Shown here: positions 19,496 to 29,016 of the stretch, in pieces
Layout of the letters: each line of letters opens with the position of its first letter
Numbering within the stretch: position 1 is the stretch's first letter
NCBI GenBank assembly: GCA_041697335.1
Contig: JBGUGD010000030.1
Coordinates: 1-64,000 of the forward strand
Length of the DNA stretch: 64,000 bases
From: Vampirovibrionaceae bacterium NZW_1234
GTDB taxonomy: Bacteria; Cyanobacteriota; Vampirovibrionia; Vampirovibrionales; JAGQHJ01
Direction of reading: 5' to 3'
Program-made: the position numbers and the translations under genes
The notes under the pieces: generated by a model
The model's input: only the letters and a program-made list of their open reading frames with translations
Database searches by the model: none
What the model was told of the DNA's origin: nothing

Positions 19496-20599
19496 ATGCC
19501 AGTAAATCATTGTTCAAAATGCGGTCAGGAATTTGAAACTAAAAATCCGAAGCGGATTGTCTGCCCCAACTGTCTTTATCTCGATAGAGCGGCAGCTCCT
19601 TCTGTTGCGCCTGTAAGACGGCCTGACCCGCCGGAACACCAACCTCAAGGAGGCTATGGCCCCCCTCAAGGCGGCGGTTATCCGCAGCAAGGGGGTGGAT
19701 ACCCCCAACAACACCAAGGGGGTGGGTACCAACAACGAGGATATCAACAGCAAGGCGGCTATGGTCCACCGCGCCAGCAAGGCGGTTATGGCCCGCCACG
19801 CCAGCAAGGGGGCTACGGCCCACCGCGTCAGCAAGGCGGTTATGGCCCGCCACGTCAGGGAGGTCATGGTGGTCCCCCACGTCAAGGGGGTTACGGCCCG
19901 CCACGCCAACAAGGGGGTTACGGCCCACCGCGTCAGCAAGGCGGTTATGGCCCACCGCGCCAAGGCGGTTATGGTCCGCCACGGGGTCGTGGTCCTGGTG
20001 GCCCGCCCAGAGGTCGTGGTCCGGGAGGTCCGCCCAGAGGTCGTGGACCGGCTGGCCCGCCGAAAAAGCTTTTGGTTCCCAAAGAAGTTTTGGTGGAAAT
20101 TGAAAAGCTCTATATGGCCATGTTGCCGCTGCCAAACCCCGATGCGCACGTCAAGATTGCTGAGCAGCTCAGTCTGGAACCAAACAAGGTCTTTTTTGGC
20201 ATTAATTTGATTCGCCAGAAAATGCGCTTGCCTAAGCTGGAGTATCCGAAACGGCCCCTTGCCGTTACGCCGGATCAGCTGACTGCCGTTAAAGCTTTGT
20301 ATGAGCCTTTCTTGCCGATGCCTCCTATTGGGATTCACAAGATTTTGGCCAAGCAGCTCAAAATGGATGAGTGGCGCGTGCACGTCGCGATTGGCTTGAT
20401 TCGTAAGCAGATGGCCATGCCTCGTTGGAACGAAGATCGGGATGATCTGCCGCCTCAGATGAAAGAGCAGCTGGCTGCGATGCAGGCTGCGCAAAAAGAC
20501 GGTGCTTCTGATGCTGCTCCTGTAGCAGCAGAAAAGCCCAAGAAAAAAGCGGCGGCCAAAAAGAAGGCAGAGGTTTCTGATGACGGTGACGACGACTAG
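19496..20599 (+). CDS. Hypothetical protein: N-terminal Zn ribbon, G/Q/Y/P/R low-complexity repeats, two tandem HTH-like domains
   Basis: CSKC...CPNC; 8x QGGYGPPR plus 3x GRGP(G/A)GPP; duplicated ~60-aa domain (LY..LP.P...H..(I/L)A.QL.....V...I.LIR..M..P); Lys/Ala-rich then acidic tail. Confidence 0.88.
   Translation: MPVNHCSKCGQEFETKNPKRIVCPNCLYLDRAAAPSVAPVRRPDPPEHQPQGGYGPPQGGGYPQQGGGYPQQHQGGGYQQRGYQQQGGYGPPRQQGGYGPPRQQGGYGPPRQQGGYGPPRQGGHGGPPRQGGYGPPRQQGGYGPPRQQGGYGPPRQGGYGPPRGRGPGGPPRGRGPGGPPRGRGPAGPPKKLLVPKEVLVEIEKLYMAMLPLPNPDAHVKIAEQLSLEPNKVFFGINLIRQKMRLPKLEYPKRPLAVTPDQLTAVKALYEPFLPMPPIGIHKILAKQLKMDEWRVHVAIGLIRKQMAMPRWNEDRDDLPPQMKEQLAAMQAAQKDGASDAAPVAAEKPKKKAAAKKKAEVSDDGDDD
19748..20062 (+). 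repeat. Coding tandem repeats (24/27-bp units)
   Basis: Units such as CAGCAAGGCGGTTATGGCCCGCCACGC with synonymous third-position variation between copies. Confidence 0.9.
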
Positions 20600-20611
20600 T
20601 TGTTCGTCGCG

Positions 20612-21685
20612 CTACTGAATCAGCATGCAATCGCCATAGCTGTAAAACCGATAATCGGTGGCCACGGCGTGGTTATAGGCTCGCATAATAAGTTCATGAT
20701 CGGCAAAGGCACAAATCATCATCAAGAGTGTGGATTTGGGCAAATGGAAGTTGGTCAGCATCATGTTGATGGCTTGAAACTGGAAGCCAGGAGTAATGTA
20801 CAGATTGCTCCAGTCGGATGAGGCCACAATCTGGCCATGATGTTTCTGGGCCACTGTTTCTAAGGTCTTGGCCACAGTGGTACCAATGGCCACAATGCGC
20901 TTGCCTGCTGCCTTGGTGGCTTGAATCGCTTGGGCTGCTTCTTCACCTACTTCGTAGTATTCCGGATCCATTTGATGCTTATGAATCTCGTCATGGAGCA
21001 CAGGGCGAAACGTGCCCGCACTGACATGGAGGGTAATTTCAGCCAGGCCAATGCCCTTCGCTTTTAAACGTGTAAAGATAGCGTCGGTAAAATGCAGGCC
21101 TGCGGTTGGTGCAGCCTGAGCTCCTTCTACCCGGGCAAAAACCGTTTGGTAGCGTTCATTATCCAATGCTTCGGCGGGGCGCTCCAGATAGGGCGGAATC
21201 GGCATCTTGCCAATGGTGCTCAGCATTTCTTCAAAGGTTTGCTGGCTGGGCCAGGAGAGTTCCACCAAACCGCGACCATCTTCATAACGCTCGACAATGA
21301 CGGCCTTCAGGTCCGTGTCGCCAAACTCTACTTCTGTCCCTGGCTTAAGGCGTCGGGCTGGGCGCATCAGGACTTGCCATTGCGTACGCTCAGCATTTTG
21401 TGGGTACATCAAAAACAATTCCACGTGTCCGGTAAAGCCTTTTCGGCGCCCATCCAGGCGAGCGGGAATGACTTTGGCGTTGTTGACCACGACCAAGTCA
21501 CCAGGCTCCAAAATATCAGGCAGTTCGTAAAACCGGCGGTCGTCAATGGCCTTGGCCTGCCGGTTGATGAGCATCATTTTGGCCTGATCTCGTTCAGCCA
21601 AAGGGTACTTGGCAATGCGCTCCGGAGGAAGTTCGTAGTCAAATTCTTGCAGGCGGGTTGGGGTTGCTGTTGAGGTGGGTTGCAT
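20612..21685 (-). CDS. queA: tRNA preQ1 S-adenosylmethionine ribosyltransferase-isomerase
   Basis: FDYELPPERIA, PIPPY, YQTVFA, AAPTAGLHF, TNFHLPKSTL, YRFYSYGD. Confidence 0.97.
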   Translation of the reverse strand: MQPTSTATPTRLQEFDYELPPERIAKYPLAERDQAKMMLINRQAKAIDDRRFYELPDILEPGDLVVVNNAKVIPARLDGRRKGFTGHVELFLMYPQNAERTQWQVLMRPARRLKPGTEVEFGDTDLKAVIVERYEDGRGLVELSWPSQQTFEEMLSTIGKMPIPPYLERPAEALDNERYQTVFARVEGAQAAPTAGLHFTDAIFTRLKAKGIGLAEITLHVSAGTFRPVLHDEIHKHQMDPEYYEVGEEAAQAIQATKAAGKRIVAIGTTVAKTLETVAQKHHGQIVASSDWSNLYITPGFQFQAINMMLTNFHLPKSTLLMMICAFADHELIMRAYNHAVATDYRFYSYGDCMLIQ

Positions 21686-21714
21686 CGGATGGTGTCTCCA
21701 TTTTGTGCTTTAAA

Positions 21715-22614
21715 TTACGAACTTAAGCCGATGAGCTTCAGGAATTGGCTGTCTTTTCGCCAGTTCTCTTTGACTTTGACGTTGAGGTCCAGAAATATCT
21801 GGCATTCAACCATCTCTTCAATGTCCTTACGGGCCGCTTGACCGATTTTTTTAATCATTTGCCCGCCTTTGCCAATAACCATCCCTTTTTGAGATTTTTG
21901 ATCCACATAAACCGTTGCATGAATGCGAATTAAGGCCGGGTCGGATTCATCAAATTTATCGATCAAGACGGCAATACTGTGTGGCAATTCTTCTTCGGTA
22001 AAGTGCATCGCTTTTTCCCGGATGATCTCTTGGGCAATGTCGCGCATACGCTGATCGGTTAAATCGTCCTCGTTGTATATGGCTTCACCTGCAGGGAGTT
22101 TTTTGATCAGTAGCTTGGGAAGTTCCTTAAGCCGCTTTCCCGTGAGGGCCGAAACAGTCAGGTAATCAAAAGAGGGATGTCCTTCAAATAGTCTGAGATA
22201 GGTTTCCTTTAGCCGATCGCGTTCGGCTTTGTCCGGAACCTGGTCGATTTTATTGATGACCAGCATCACGTATTTCTGGGTCGCCTTAATTTGCTCTGAC
22301 AACCACTCGTCACCTTTGCCAGCTTCATGGGAGCCGTCGACGACAAAGACCATCAGATCGGCTTCGGCTAAAGCGTGATGGGCTTCTCCTGTGAGAAATT
22401 CGCCCAATTTGTCCAAGGGCTTTGAAAAGCCGGGGGTATCAAGAAACACAATTTGGCCGCGCTCTGGGATCGTCAGGATGCCTCGAATACGATGCCGGGT
22501 CGTTTGCACCCGTGGTGAGGTGATTGCCACTTTTTGGCCCAATAACGCATTCATCAGTGTGGACTTACCCACATTGGGCCGTCCCACAATGGCGACAAAA
22601 CCGGCACGAAACAT
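21715..22614 (-). CDS. era: GTPase Era
   Basis: GRPNVGKSTL, QTTR, DTPG, NKID, KH domain VIGKGG. Confidence 0.97.
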   Translation of the reverse strand: MFRAGFVAIVGRPNVGKSTLMNALLGQKVAITSPRVQTTRHRIRGILTIPERGQIVFLDTPGFSKPLDKLGEFLTGEAHHALAEADLMVFVVDGSHEAGKGDEWLSEQIKATQKYVMLVINKIDQVPDKAERDRLKETYLRLFEGHPSFDYLTVSALTGKRLKELPKLLIKKLPAGEAIYNEDDLTDQRMRDIAQEIIREKAMHFTEEELPHSIAVLIDKFDESDPALIRIHATVYVDQKSQKGMVIGKGGQMIKKIGQAARKDIEEMVECQIFLDLNVKVKENWRKDSQFLKLIGLSS

Positions 22615-22713
22615 TCAGACAACACCTCCACACCCCCTATCATACCCCCGCAATGCCGATTGTCTATCTTTTGTCTCTGGGGGGTAAGGCTCTCTGCCTA
22701 AAGACAAAAAACG

Positions 22714-22742
22714 AAAAGCGGGGGAAGACCTCCCCCGCTTTT
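22714..22742. terminator. Bidirectional intrinsic terminator downstream of nrdJ
   Basis: AAAAGCGGGGGA-agacc-TCCCCCGCTTTT. Confidence 0.8.
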
Positions 22743-22782
22743 TAGGGTGTGTATGTATCAGGAGTAAATGAGATGAGCTGGG

Positions 22783-25700
22783 CTAGGAGCATCCCATGGA
22801 ACTGCCGCAGCTAAGGCAGCGGTAGCAGGAGCCATTGCGAACGGTGATATTGCCGCAATTGTCACAAGGCGGGGCGTCGCCCATCATATCTTTCAAGTGC
22901 TCGCTGAGCTCAGCCGCATTACTGTGACCGTTGCCATTCCCATTGGTGTGGCCGTTTTCTTTTACCACTGGCAAAACGGTTTGGAAGGCATCTGGAGACG
23001 TCACGCGTTCGAGCGGATTACTGCTGTTCACCCGCAAGGTGGATTGGTCGGGTTTCACTTGAATGTAATCGGTTTCACCCAGGTATTCCATACCGAGCAC
23101 CCGGAAAATGTAATCCAGAATGGAGGTACAGTTTTTCACATTGGGGTGATCGGTAATACCGGAAGGCTCAAACCGGGTAAAGGTGAACTGGTTGACGAAC
23201 TTATCAAGCGGTACACCGTATTGCAAGCCCAAAGAAACGGCAACCGCAAAGCAGTTCAAGAGACTCCGGTAAGAGGCGCCTTCTTTGAACATATCAATGA
23301 AGATTTCACCGAGTTGTCCATCGTCGTATTCGCCGGTGCGCAAGTACACTTTGGTTCCGCCGACATTGGCATCAATGGTCAAGCCTTGACGCTTGCGGGG
23401 CAGTTCGCTCCGATCGCCCCGTTGCAGTTTGGCCGGAACCAACTCAGTTTGAGCGATATTCTCTTCCTCTTCGTCTTGATTCAAGGACGTATTGAGTGCC
23501 TGGCTCAGCTTGGAACCATCACGGTACAGGGCCACACACTTCAACCCGAGGCGCCAAGCTTCAACATAGATCCGCTCGATGTCCTCAACGGTCGCGTCAT
23601 GGGGTAGGTTGACCGTTTTGGAGATGGCTCCAGACAAGAACGGCTGTGTGGCAGCCATAATGTAGATGTGGGCCATCGGGTCGATGTAACGCTCCCCGAT
23701 ACCACAGCGGTTGGCACAATCGAATACGGGGACATGTTCATCCCGCAAGAAAGGTGCCCCTTCCACGGTTTGAGCACCGTTGACGTAGATGTCCAAAGCC
23801 CGCAATTGCTGTTTGGACCAACCTTTATCCTTCAAGACCTTGGGATTGATACCGGGAGTCCAGTCGTTGAAGTTGTGGGACTGCTCGACGGAGTCAAAGG
23901 CTTGTTGTATCTCGGCATCAGACAGGCCCAGCTCCTTTATGGAGGCTTTATCCATGCCAGGAGCCCCGTCCAGCGTGCCATGGCCCAAAGTGTACTTGAT
24001 GATGGCATCAATTTGGGCCATAGAATACCCTAGCTTTTTCAAGGCTTTGGGCAACGCCTGGTTGACGATCTTAAAATAGCCGCCACCGGCGAGTTTCTTC
24101 CATTTGACCAGGGCAAAGTCAGGCTCAATCCCGGTGGTATCGCAATCCATCAACAGACCAATGGTCCCGGTGGGGGCCAAAACAGTCGCTTGGGCATTGC
24201 GATAGCCGTATTGCTGACCTAACTCAAGGGCATTATCCCAATCTTCTTGGGCCGCCTGCAGCAGATCGGCCGGACAATCCTTGGCCGAAATCTGATAGGC
24301 TTTATCCCGATGCTTGCCGATGACTCGAAGCATCGATTCTCTATTTTTCTCGTATCCTTCAAATGCCCCTTTTACAGCAGCTAATTCTGCCGATGTCCGG
24401 TAGGCTTGACCACACATAATTGCCGTTAAAGCCGCAGCGATGGCGTAGCTTTCTTCGCTGGCATAGGGAATGCCATTGACCATCAGCAGTGCACCCAAGT
24501 TAGCGTAGCCTAAGCCTAAAGGACGATATTTGTAGCTGTTTTCAGCAATGACTTTGGTGGGGTAGGAGGCCAGACCCACCAGAATTTCCTGAGCGATGAA
24601 GAAGACCCGGCAGGCATGACGATAGCCTTCGATATCAAATTTGCCTGTCGCTTCATCATAGAACAACATCAGATTCACAGACGCCAGGTTGCAGGCCGTG
24701 TCGTTCAGGAAGTGATACTCTGAACACGGGTTCGAACCGTAGATTCGGTCGGTATTCAAGCAGGTGTGCCAGTCATTGATGATGTCGTCAAACTGAACAC
24801 CCGGGTCCGCACAGGCCCATGCGGCGTAGGCAATTTGATGCATCAAATCCTTCGCTTCGAAGGTTTCGCATACCTCGCCGGTGGTCCGCAACCGGGTGCT
24901 CCACTTGCCTTCGTGCAAGTAGGCATGCATAAAGTCATCGCTAATCCGCACGGAGTTGTTGGAGTTTTGACCGGCAACCGTGCGATAGGCCTCGCCGTTA
25001 TAATCCGACGGGTACCCGGCATCAATGAGGACTTTGACTTTTTTCTCTTCTTTAACTTTCCAGTTAATGAAGTCCACAATTTCCGGGTGATCCATATCCA
25101 GGGTCACCATTTTTGCAGCCCGACGGGTGGTGCCACCGCTCTTGGTAGCACCGGCGCCCCGATCCAAGACTTCCAGGAAGGACATCAAACCGGAAGAAGT
25201 ACCACCGCCAGAGAGTTTTTCCTGGCGACCGCGAATTCTGGAGAAGTTGGTGCCAGTCCCCGAGCCAAATTTGAAGAGGCGGGCTTCGTTCTTAAGCAAT
25301 TCGAACAGGCTCATCAGATCGTCGTCAACCGATTGGATAAAGCAAGCGGAGCACTGAGGGTGTTCATAGGAATTGTCGGTTTCAACCACAGTGCCTTGGT
25401 CTTCGTCATAGTACCAGTTGCCGCCACTGCCTTTGATCCCGTACTGGTGGTACAAGCCGCAGTTAAACCATACCGGAGAGTTGAACGCTCCTTTTTGGGT
25501 AATCAGCATGTGGGCCAATTCTGCTTCAAAGGTATCGGCATCCTCGCTGGAGGCAAAATACTGTTTCTTTTCCCCATGAACCCGAATGGTATTGGCAATC
25601 CGATGCACGACTTGACGAGCGCTTGTCTCAGAACCCACTGGGCCGGGAACACCGGCTTTGCGGAAGTATTTGGAGACGATAATGTCGGTGGCCAATTGAG

Positions 25701-25929
25701 ACCAGGTCTTTGGCACTTCCACGTTGTTCATTTCGAATACGATGGTACCATCGGGTTCGGTAATCACAGAACGCCGATATTCATAGTTAATTTCATCCAG
25801 AGGATTAATGCCGGCTTTGGTGAACCGGCGTTCCACGGAAACTCCTTCCGTGGATGCAACCAGCCCTTTAGGAATAAGGGTGGTGGCGGAGCGGGATTTG
25901 GATTGGATGGCGTCTTCGGTGATTACCAT
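22783..25929 (-). CDS. nrdJ: Adenosylcobalamin-dependent (class II) ribonucleotide reductase with TSCPD domain and C-terminal Zn ribbon
   Basis: [61 protein letters not shown]...CLSC...MGCS. Confidence 0.96.
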   Translation of the reverse strand: MVITEDAIQSKSRSATTLIPKGLVASTEGVSVERRFTKAGINPLDEINYEYRRSVITEPDGTIVFEMNNVEVPKTWSQLATDIIVSKYFRKAGVPGPVGSETSARQVVHRIANTIRVHGEKKQYFASSEDADTFEAELAHMLITQKGAFNSPVWFNCGLYHQYGIKGSGGNWYYDEDQGTVVETDNSYEHPQCSACFIQSVDDDLMSLFELLKNEARLFKFGSGTGTNFSRIRGRQEKLSGGGTSSGLMSFLEVLDRGAGATKSGGTTRRAAKMVTLDMDHPEIVDFINWKVKEEKKVKVLIDAGYPSDYNGEAYRTVAGQNSNNSVRISDDFMHAYLHEGKWSTRLRTTGEVCETFEAKDLMHQIAYAAWACADPGVQFDDIINDWHTCLNTDRIYGSNPCSEYHFLNDTACNLASVNLMLFYDEATGKFDIEGYRHACRVFFIAQEILVGLASYPTKVIAENSYKYRPLGLGYANLGALLMVNGIPYASEESYAIAAALTAIMCGQAYRTSAELAAVKGAFEGYEKNRESMLRVIGKHRDKAYQISAKDCPADLLQAAQEDWDNALELGQQYGYRNAQATVLAPTGTIGLLMDCDTTGIEPDFALVKWKKLAGGGYFKIVNQALPKALKKLGYSMAQIDAIIKYTLGHGTLDGAPGMDKASIKELGLSDAEIQQAFDSVEQSHNFNDWTPGINPKVLKDKGWSKQQLRALDIYVNGAQTVEGAPFLRDEHVPVFDCANRCGIGERYIDPMAHIYIMAATQPFLSGAISKTVNLPHDATVEDIERIYVEAWRLGLKCVALYRDGSKLSQALNTSLNQDEEEENIAQTELVPAKLQRGDRSELPRKRQGLTIDANVGGTKVYLRTGEYDDGQLGEIFIDMFKEGASYRSLLNCFAVAVSLGLQYGVPLDKFVNQFTFTRFEPSGITDHPNVKNCTSILDYIFRVLGMEYLGETDYIQVKPDQSTLRVNSSNPLERVTSPDAFQTVLPVVKENGHTNGNGNGHSNAAELSEHLKDMMGDAPPCDNCGNITVRNGSCYRCLSCGSSMGCS

Positions 25930-26264
25930 GACAGTCTCTCCTCTTTGCTGCGTTGCTGCAGGATTACCGGATTTTTAACAGTTGGGTTAGGTGACTAAAA
26001 CGAAGCCAAGGGCTTCATGGCGTAAATCGTCGGCGTCGCGATAAGACAATCAATATAAGACTGTTTTCCCCAGATTGGTTACTTTGCTGCGTCTTTCTAT
26101 TCGTTGGTTATCGGTGAGCTTTCCAGAGTCTAGCCATTCGATGCTGCCAGTATGAACCTGGGAACATCCCCGAGGGTGATTGAAAATAACTCAACACGTG
26201 TGTGGTATCGAAGATTATTCATGCTCTTGTTTAGTACACACAAAAGTCACTATACAATTTAAAC

Positions 26265-26280
26265 AATCCACATATTTGTT
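26265..26280. promoter_or_regulatory. Candidate NrdR box upstream of nrdJ
   Basis: AATCCACATATTTGTT, one core mismatch to acaCwAtATaTwGtgt; no clear partner box at the usual spacing. Confidence 0.35.
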
Positions 26281-26381
26281 GAGGTTCTTATCATACCAGG
26301 GGACAAGGCCGTCTGAGAAGGGGGGAAACGCGTTTTTGATATATGTTTACAAAGACTTGATTCGCCCCTCGTCCGACCCTT

Positions 26382-26765
26382 TTACGTTGGGTCTTTGGTG
26401 TGGGTTGCGGTGACGTTGGTACTGATCCCTCCTCTTGCGCCAAATTCGCCTTTAACCTCTATATGATGCGGATCGCAGGCCGCGATCACATCATTTAAAA
26501 TTTTGTTCACCACATTTTCGTAGAAAATGCCGTGATTGCGAAAGTCCAGTAAATAGTATTTGAATGCTTTCAGTTCCAGGCAAAACTGGTCTGGAATGTA
26601 ACTAATGCGGATAGTGCCAAAGTCGGGAAGGCCGGTTTTGGGGCAAACCGAGGTGAATTCCGGGCATACAATCTCAATCGTATAACGGCGGTCAGTATGT
26701 TGGTTCGGGAAAACCTCAATGGGTGCGAATGTTTTTTGGTCAACAACGGTGTTTGGCGAGGTCAC
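26382..26765 (-). CDS. queF: NADPH-dependent 7-cyano-7-deazaguanine reductase (unimodular QueF)
   Basis: PEFTSVCPKTGLPDFG; QueF motif ELKAFKYY; FYE; RGGI; GTG start after AAGGAG. Confidence 0.95.
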   Translation of the reverse strand: MTSPNTVVDQKTFAPIEVFPNQHTDRRYTIEIVCPEFTSVCPKTGLPDFGTIRISYIPDQFCLELKAFKYYLLDFRNHGIFYENVVNKILNDVIAACDPHHIEVKGEFGARGGISTNVTATHTKDPT

Positions 26766-27070
26766 ATTGAGCTCCTTTTACATGGTTTGTACTCGTTGCC
26801 CCTCTGAGTGACAAGAACGCTCGATAGTAATGCAGAAAATGCCCTTCGATGCCTGCTCTTCTCAGACAGTGAAGCATACTGTAGCATGGCAGACTTTCTT
26901 CTGAAAGACATGCCGATGGGATATGACAGAAGATAAACAGTTGACACGTTATTGACAGATCTGTCAGAAAGCGGTGTAAATCTGTTTAAACTCCCATGGA
27001 TGGGTGTTTGGTGCGACATCGTCTGTTGCTATACAATGGGCATGAAGACCGGAATCGCGGAGATGGATGA

Positions 27071-27430
27071 ATGGAATATTTCGACCCTGGCACCGAATTT
27101 GGGTATGAATATCGCCATTTTATTTGGGTTTGCACCAATCCTGTAAGCCGTAGTTTTGATAAGTGTGCATCCCCCGAAGATCAAGAAGTGCTTGAGGCCT
27201 TGCGGCGTCGGCTGCAAGAGCACAACCTGGCTCGTGAAACATTTGTGTTTACCAGTGCGGAAGCAGATTTCTCCGCAGGTTGTATGTTGGGATGCCATCG
27301 AGAGGGAACGACCGTCGCTGTGTTTTCACGTGCCCATCAGGGTGCCGCTCAAGGGCATATGCGGTTTTATCGTAAAGTTCTTCCGAAAGACGTTGATTTA
27401 TTAATTCAAGTCTTATTGGTCAGTCCTTAG
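27071..27430 (+). CDS. Thioredoxin-like (2Fe-2S) ferredoxin
   Basis: IWVCTN...KCA...GCMLGC..EG.TVAV...FYRKV...DV; four Cys in TLF-type spacing. Confidence 0.8.
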   Translation: MEYFDPGTEFGYEYRHFIWVCTNPVSRSFDKCASPEDQEVLEALRRRLQEHNLARETFVFTSAEADFSAGCMLGCHREGTTVAVFSRAHQGAAQGHMRFYRKVLPKDVDLLIQVLLVSP

Positions 27431-28449
27431 GCGGGGGAGGTCCGTCCTTTGGCAAAGAGCAGAACCGGGTTTCTGGCTTTTAATTCCCGATCGGCGAGGG
27501 GAATCCAATAGTCTTTTACCAGAATTTCCGTGGTATTTACCCGTTCAAACCCCAAAGTGTCTAACACCGCAAGTTTTGACTTCTGGAAATCGTAGGCATT
27601 GATTGTAATTTTGGGGTTGCTTGCGCACTTATACACTTGTTGCAAGCCAAAGCTAAGCAGGTCTTCTGCCCCATGTTCCCAAGCCGGGCTGACGGCCATG
27701 GACAATTCAAAGTGTTTGTAATCCCAGGTGGAGAGGGCGATACTGCCATAAAGGTAATCTTGGGCGCCAGGCGAGATAACCCAGCGTTTGTAAAATTCAC
27801 CTTGGACCCGGCGTCGCCAGCGTTCCCAGAAGGTCGGGTACAGGTCTTCCGGGGATTTTCTGAGGCTGATACGGACTTGTGGAAGTAATGTTTCCGAATG
27901 AAGCTCTTGAAGTTTGCGGCCATCGGCTTGGCGAGCCTCCTGAATGCCTTGAATCAGAATGGGCTTGTGTTTAATGGTTTCATGCATGCCTTCCAGTTGG
28001 TAGGTATGCACTTTTGTGCAGTGACGAAAGCCGCAATCCTTAAGTAGGGCAAGGCCTTCGTCATATTGCGGGTCGACATAGGCCAGAAACGTTTCAACGC
28101 CGGAGGCTCCGAATTTGTTGATGACATAGTAAATCAGTTGTTTCCCCACGTCATAGGAGGCATACGAATCTGGATCAATAATGACTTGCTCAATTTTCCA
28201 ACGGTCTTGTCGATGGCCATCCCGACTTAACCAAACAAGGCCCAACACACGTCGGTCGGCCAGAGCCACAAAAATCTCTGGTAAAAATTTTAAGGATAAG
28301 GGTAAAAAGCGATTAATTGTATGAAAAGGCAAATACAGCGCTTTAAAGCGTTCTAAGACAGGGTAATTGAACTCATCCCCGCTAAAGCGCTCCAACAGAG
28401 ACAGGACCTGTTTCAGTTCGGCATTGCCCAAGCTTCTGATTTTAGCCAT
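27427..28449 (-). CDS. Tandem GNAT-fold acetyltransferase-like protein
   Basis: FVALAD..VLGLV, VGKQLI, LALLKDCGF; second lobe AEDLLS...LDTLGFE; start moved to ATG 28449 to avoid overlapping smpB. Confidence 0.75.
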   Translation of the reverse strand: MAKIRSLGNAELKQVLSLLERFSGDEFNYPVLERFKALYLPFHTINRFLPLSLKFLPEIFVALADRRVLGLVWLSRDGHRQDRWKIEQVIIDPDSYASYDVGKQLIYYVINKFGASGVETFLAYVDPQYDEGLALLKDCGFRHCTKVHTYQLEGMHETIKHKPILIQGIQEARQADGRKLQELHSETLLPQVRISLRKSPEDLYPTFWERWRRRVQGEFYKRWVISPGAQDYLYGSIALSTWDYKHFELSMAVSPAWEHGAEDLLSFGLQQVYKCASNPKITINAYDFQKSKLAVLDTLGFERVNTTEILVKDYWIPLADRELKARNPVLLFAKGRTSPA

Positions 28450-28451
28450 AA

Positions 28452-28460
28452 TGCTATAAT
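28452..28460 (+). promoter_or_regulatory. Extended -10 promoter for smpB
   Basis: Perfect TGCTATAAT about 70 bp upstream of the smpB ATG. Confidence 0.55.
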
Positions 28461-28527
28461 ACAGACCTTCATTGCTCTCTTGATAATACCATATCTCCTG
28501 GTGCCAATGGCGTGGAAAGACCCTATC

Positions 28528-29016
28528 ATGGCTGGAAAATCCAAAAATCAGACGAAAGGCAAACCTCCCAGCCGAACGGTTGCGCTCAATCGACGGGCTT
28601 ATCATGACTATCATGTTCTGGAAACCTTTGAAGCAGGGATTGCATTAACGGGGACCGAAATTAAATCCATTCGCCAGGGTAAGGTGTCGCTGTCTGAAAG
28701 TTTTGCTCGCATTGAGAACGATGAGTTATACCTGTTTGGGAGTCAAATTGCTCCCTATGCTCAAGGCAATATCCACAACCATGCCCAGGATCGGGTGCGT
28801 AAGCTCTTGATGCATCGTGCCGAGATTCGCCGGCTCATTGGTAAAATCAAGGAAAAGGGACTGACCTTGATCCCCCTGAAGCTCTATTTCTCTGGGGCCT
28901 GGATTAAAGTAGAACTGGGCTTATGTAAGGGAAAACAGCTTTATGACAAGCGTGAAAGTATTAAAAACAGAGAAGGCAAGCGCGAAATTGAGCGCTCCCT
29001 GAAGCGAGATCGCTAG
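28528..29016 (+). CDS. smpB: SsrA-binding protein
   Basis: NRRAYHDY, EAGIALTGTEIKS, RKLLMH, GKQLYDKR. Confidence 0.97.
   Translation: MAGKSKNQTKGKPPSRTVALNRRAYHDYHVLETFEAGIALTGTEIKSIRQGKVSLSESFARIENDELYLFGSQIAPYAQGNIHNHAQDRVRKLLMHRAEIRRLIGKIKEKGLTLIPLKLYFSGAWIKVELGLCKGKQLYDKRESIKNREGKREIERSLKRDR

Noticed and set aside
19748..20062. Possible CRISPR array
   Set aside because: Repeats are contiguous and in-frame, with no unique spacers and no cas genes.
19514..20494. 326-aa and 198-aa antisense ORFs and a 184-aa alternate-frame ORF over the repeat gene
   Set aside because: Shadow frames kept open by the GC-rich tandem repeat; synonymous variation fits only the 19496-20599 frame.
22783..25929. 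Intein or intron in nrdJ
   Set aside because: Continuous ORF with RNR motifs in order; no C/S...HN splice motifs or LAGLIDADG blocks. The duplicated G..T..GAP segment is internal to the enzyme.
24766..25998. 410-aa + strand ORF and other long antisense ORFs over nrdJ, clpC, gcvPB, pilT and nth
   Set aside because: Antisense shadows of well-conserved genes with no recognisable motifs.
26766..27019. preQ1 riboswitch or 85-aa ORF upstream of queF
   Set aside because: No stem plus A-rich pseudoknot tail matching preQ1-I recognised; the ORF lacks an RBS and motifs and spans the divergent promoter.
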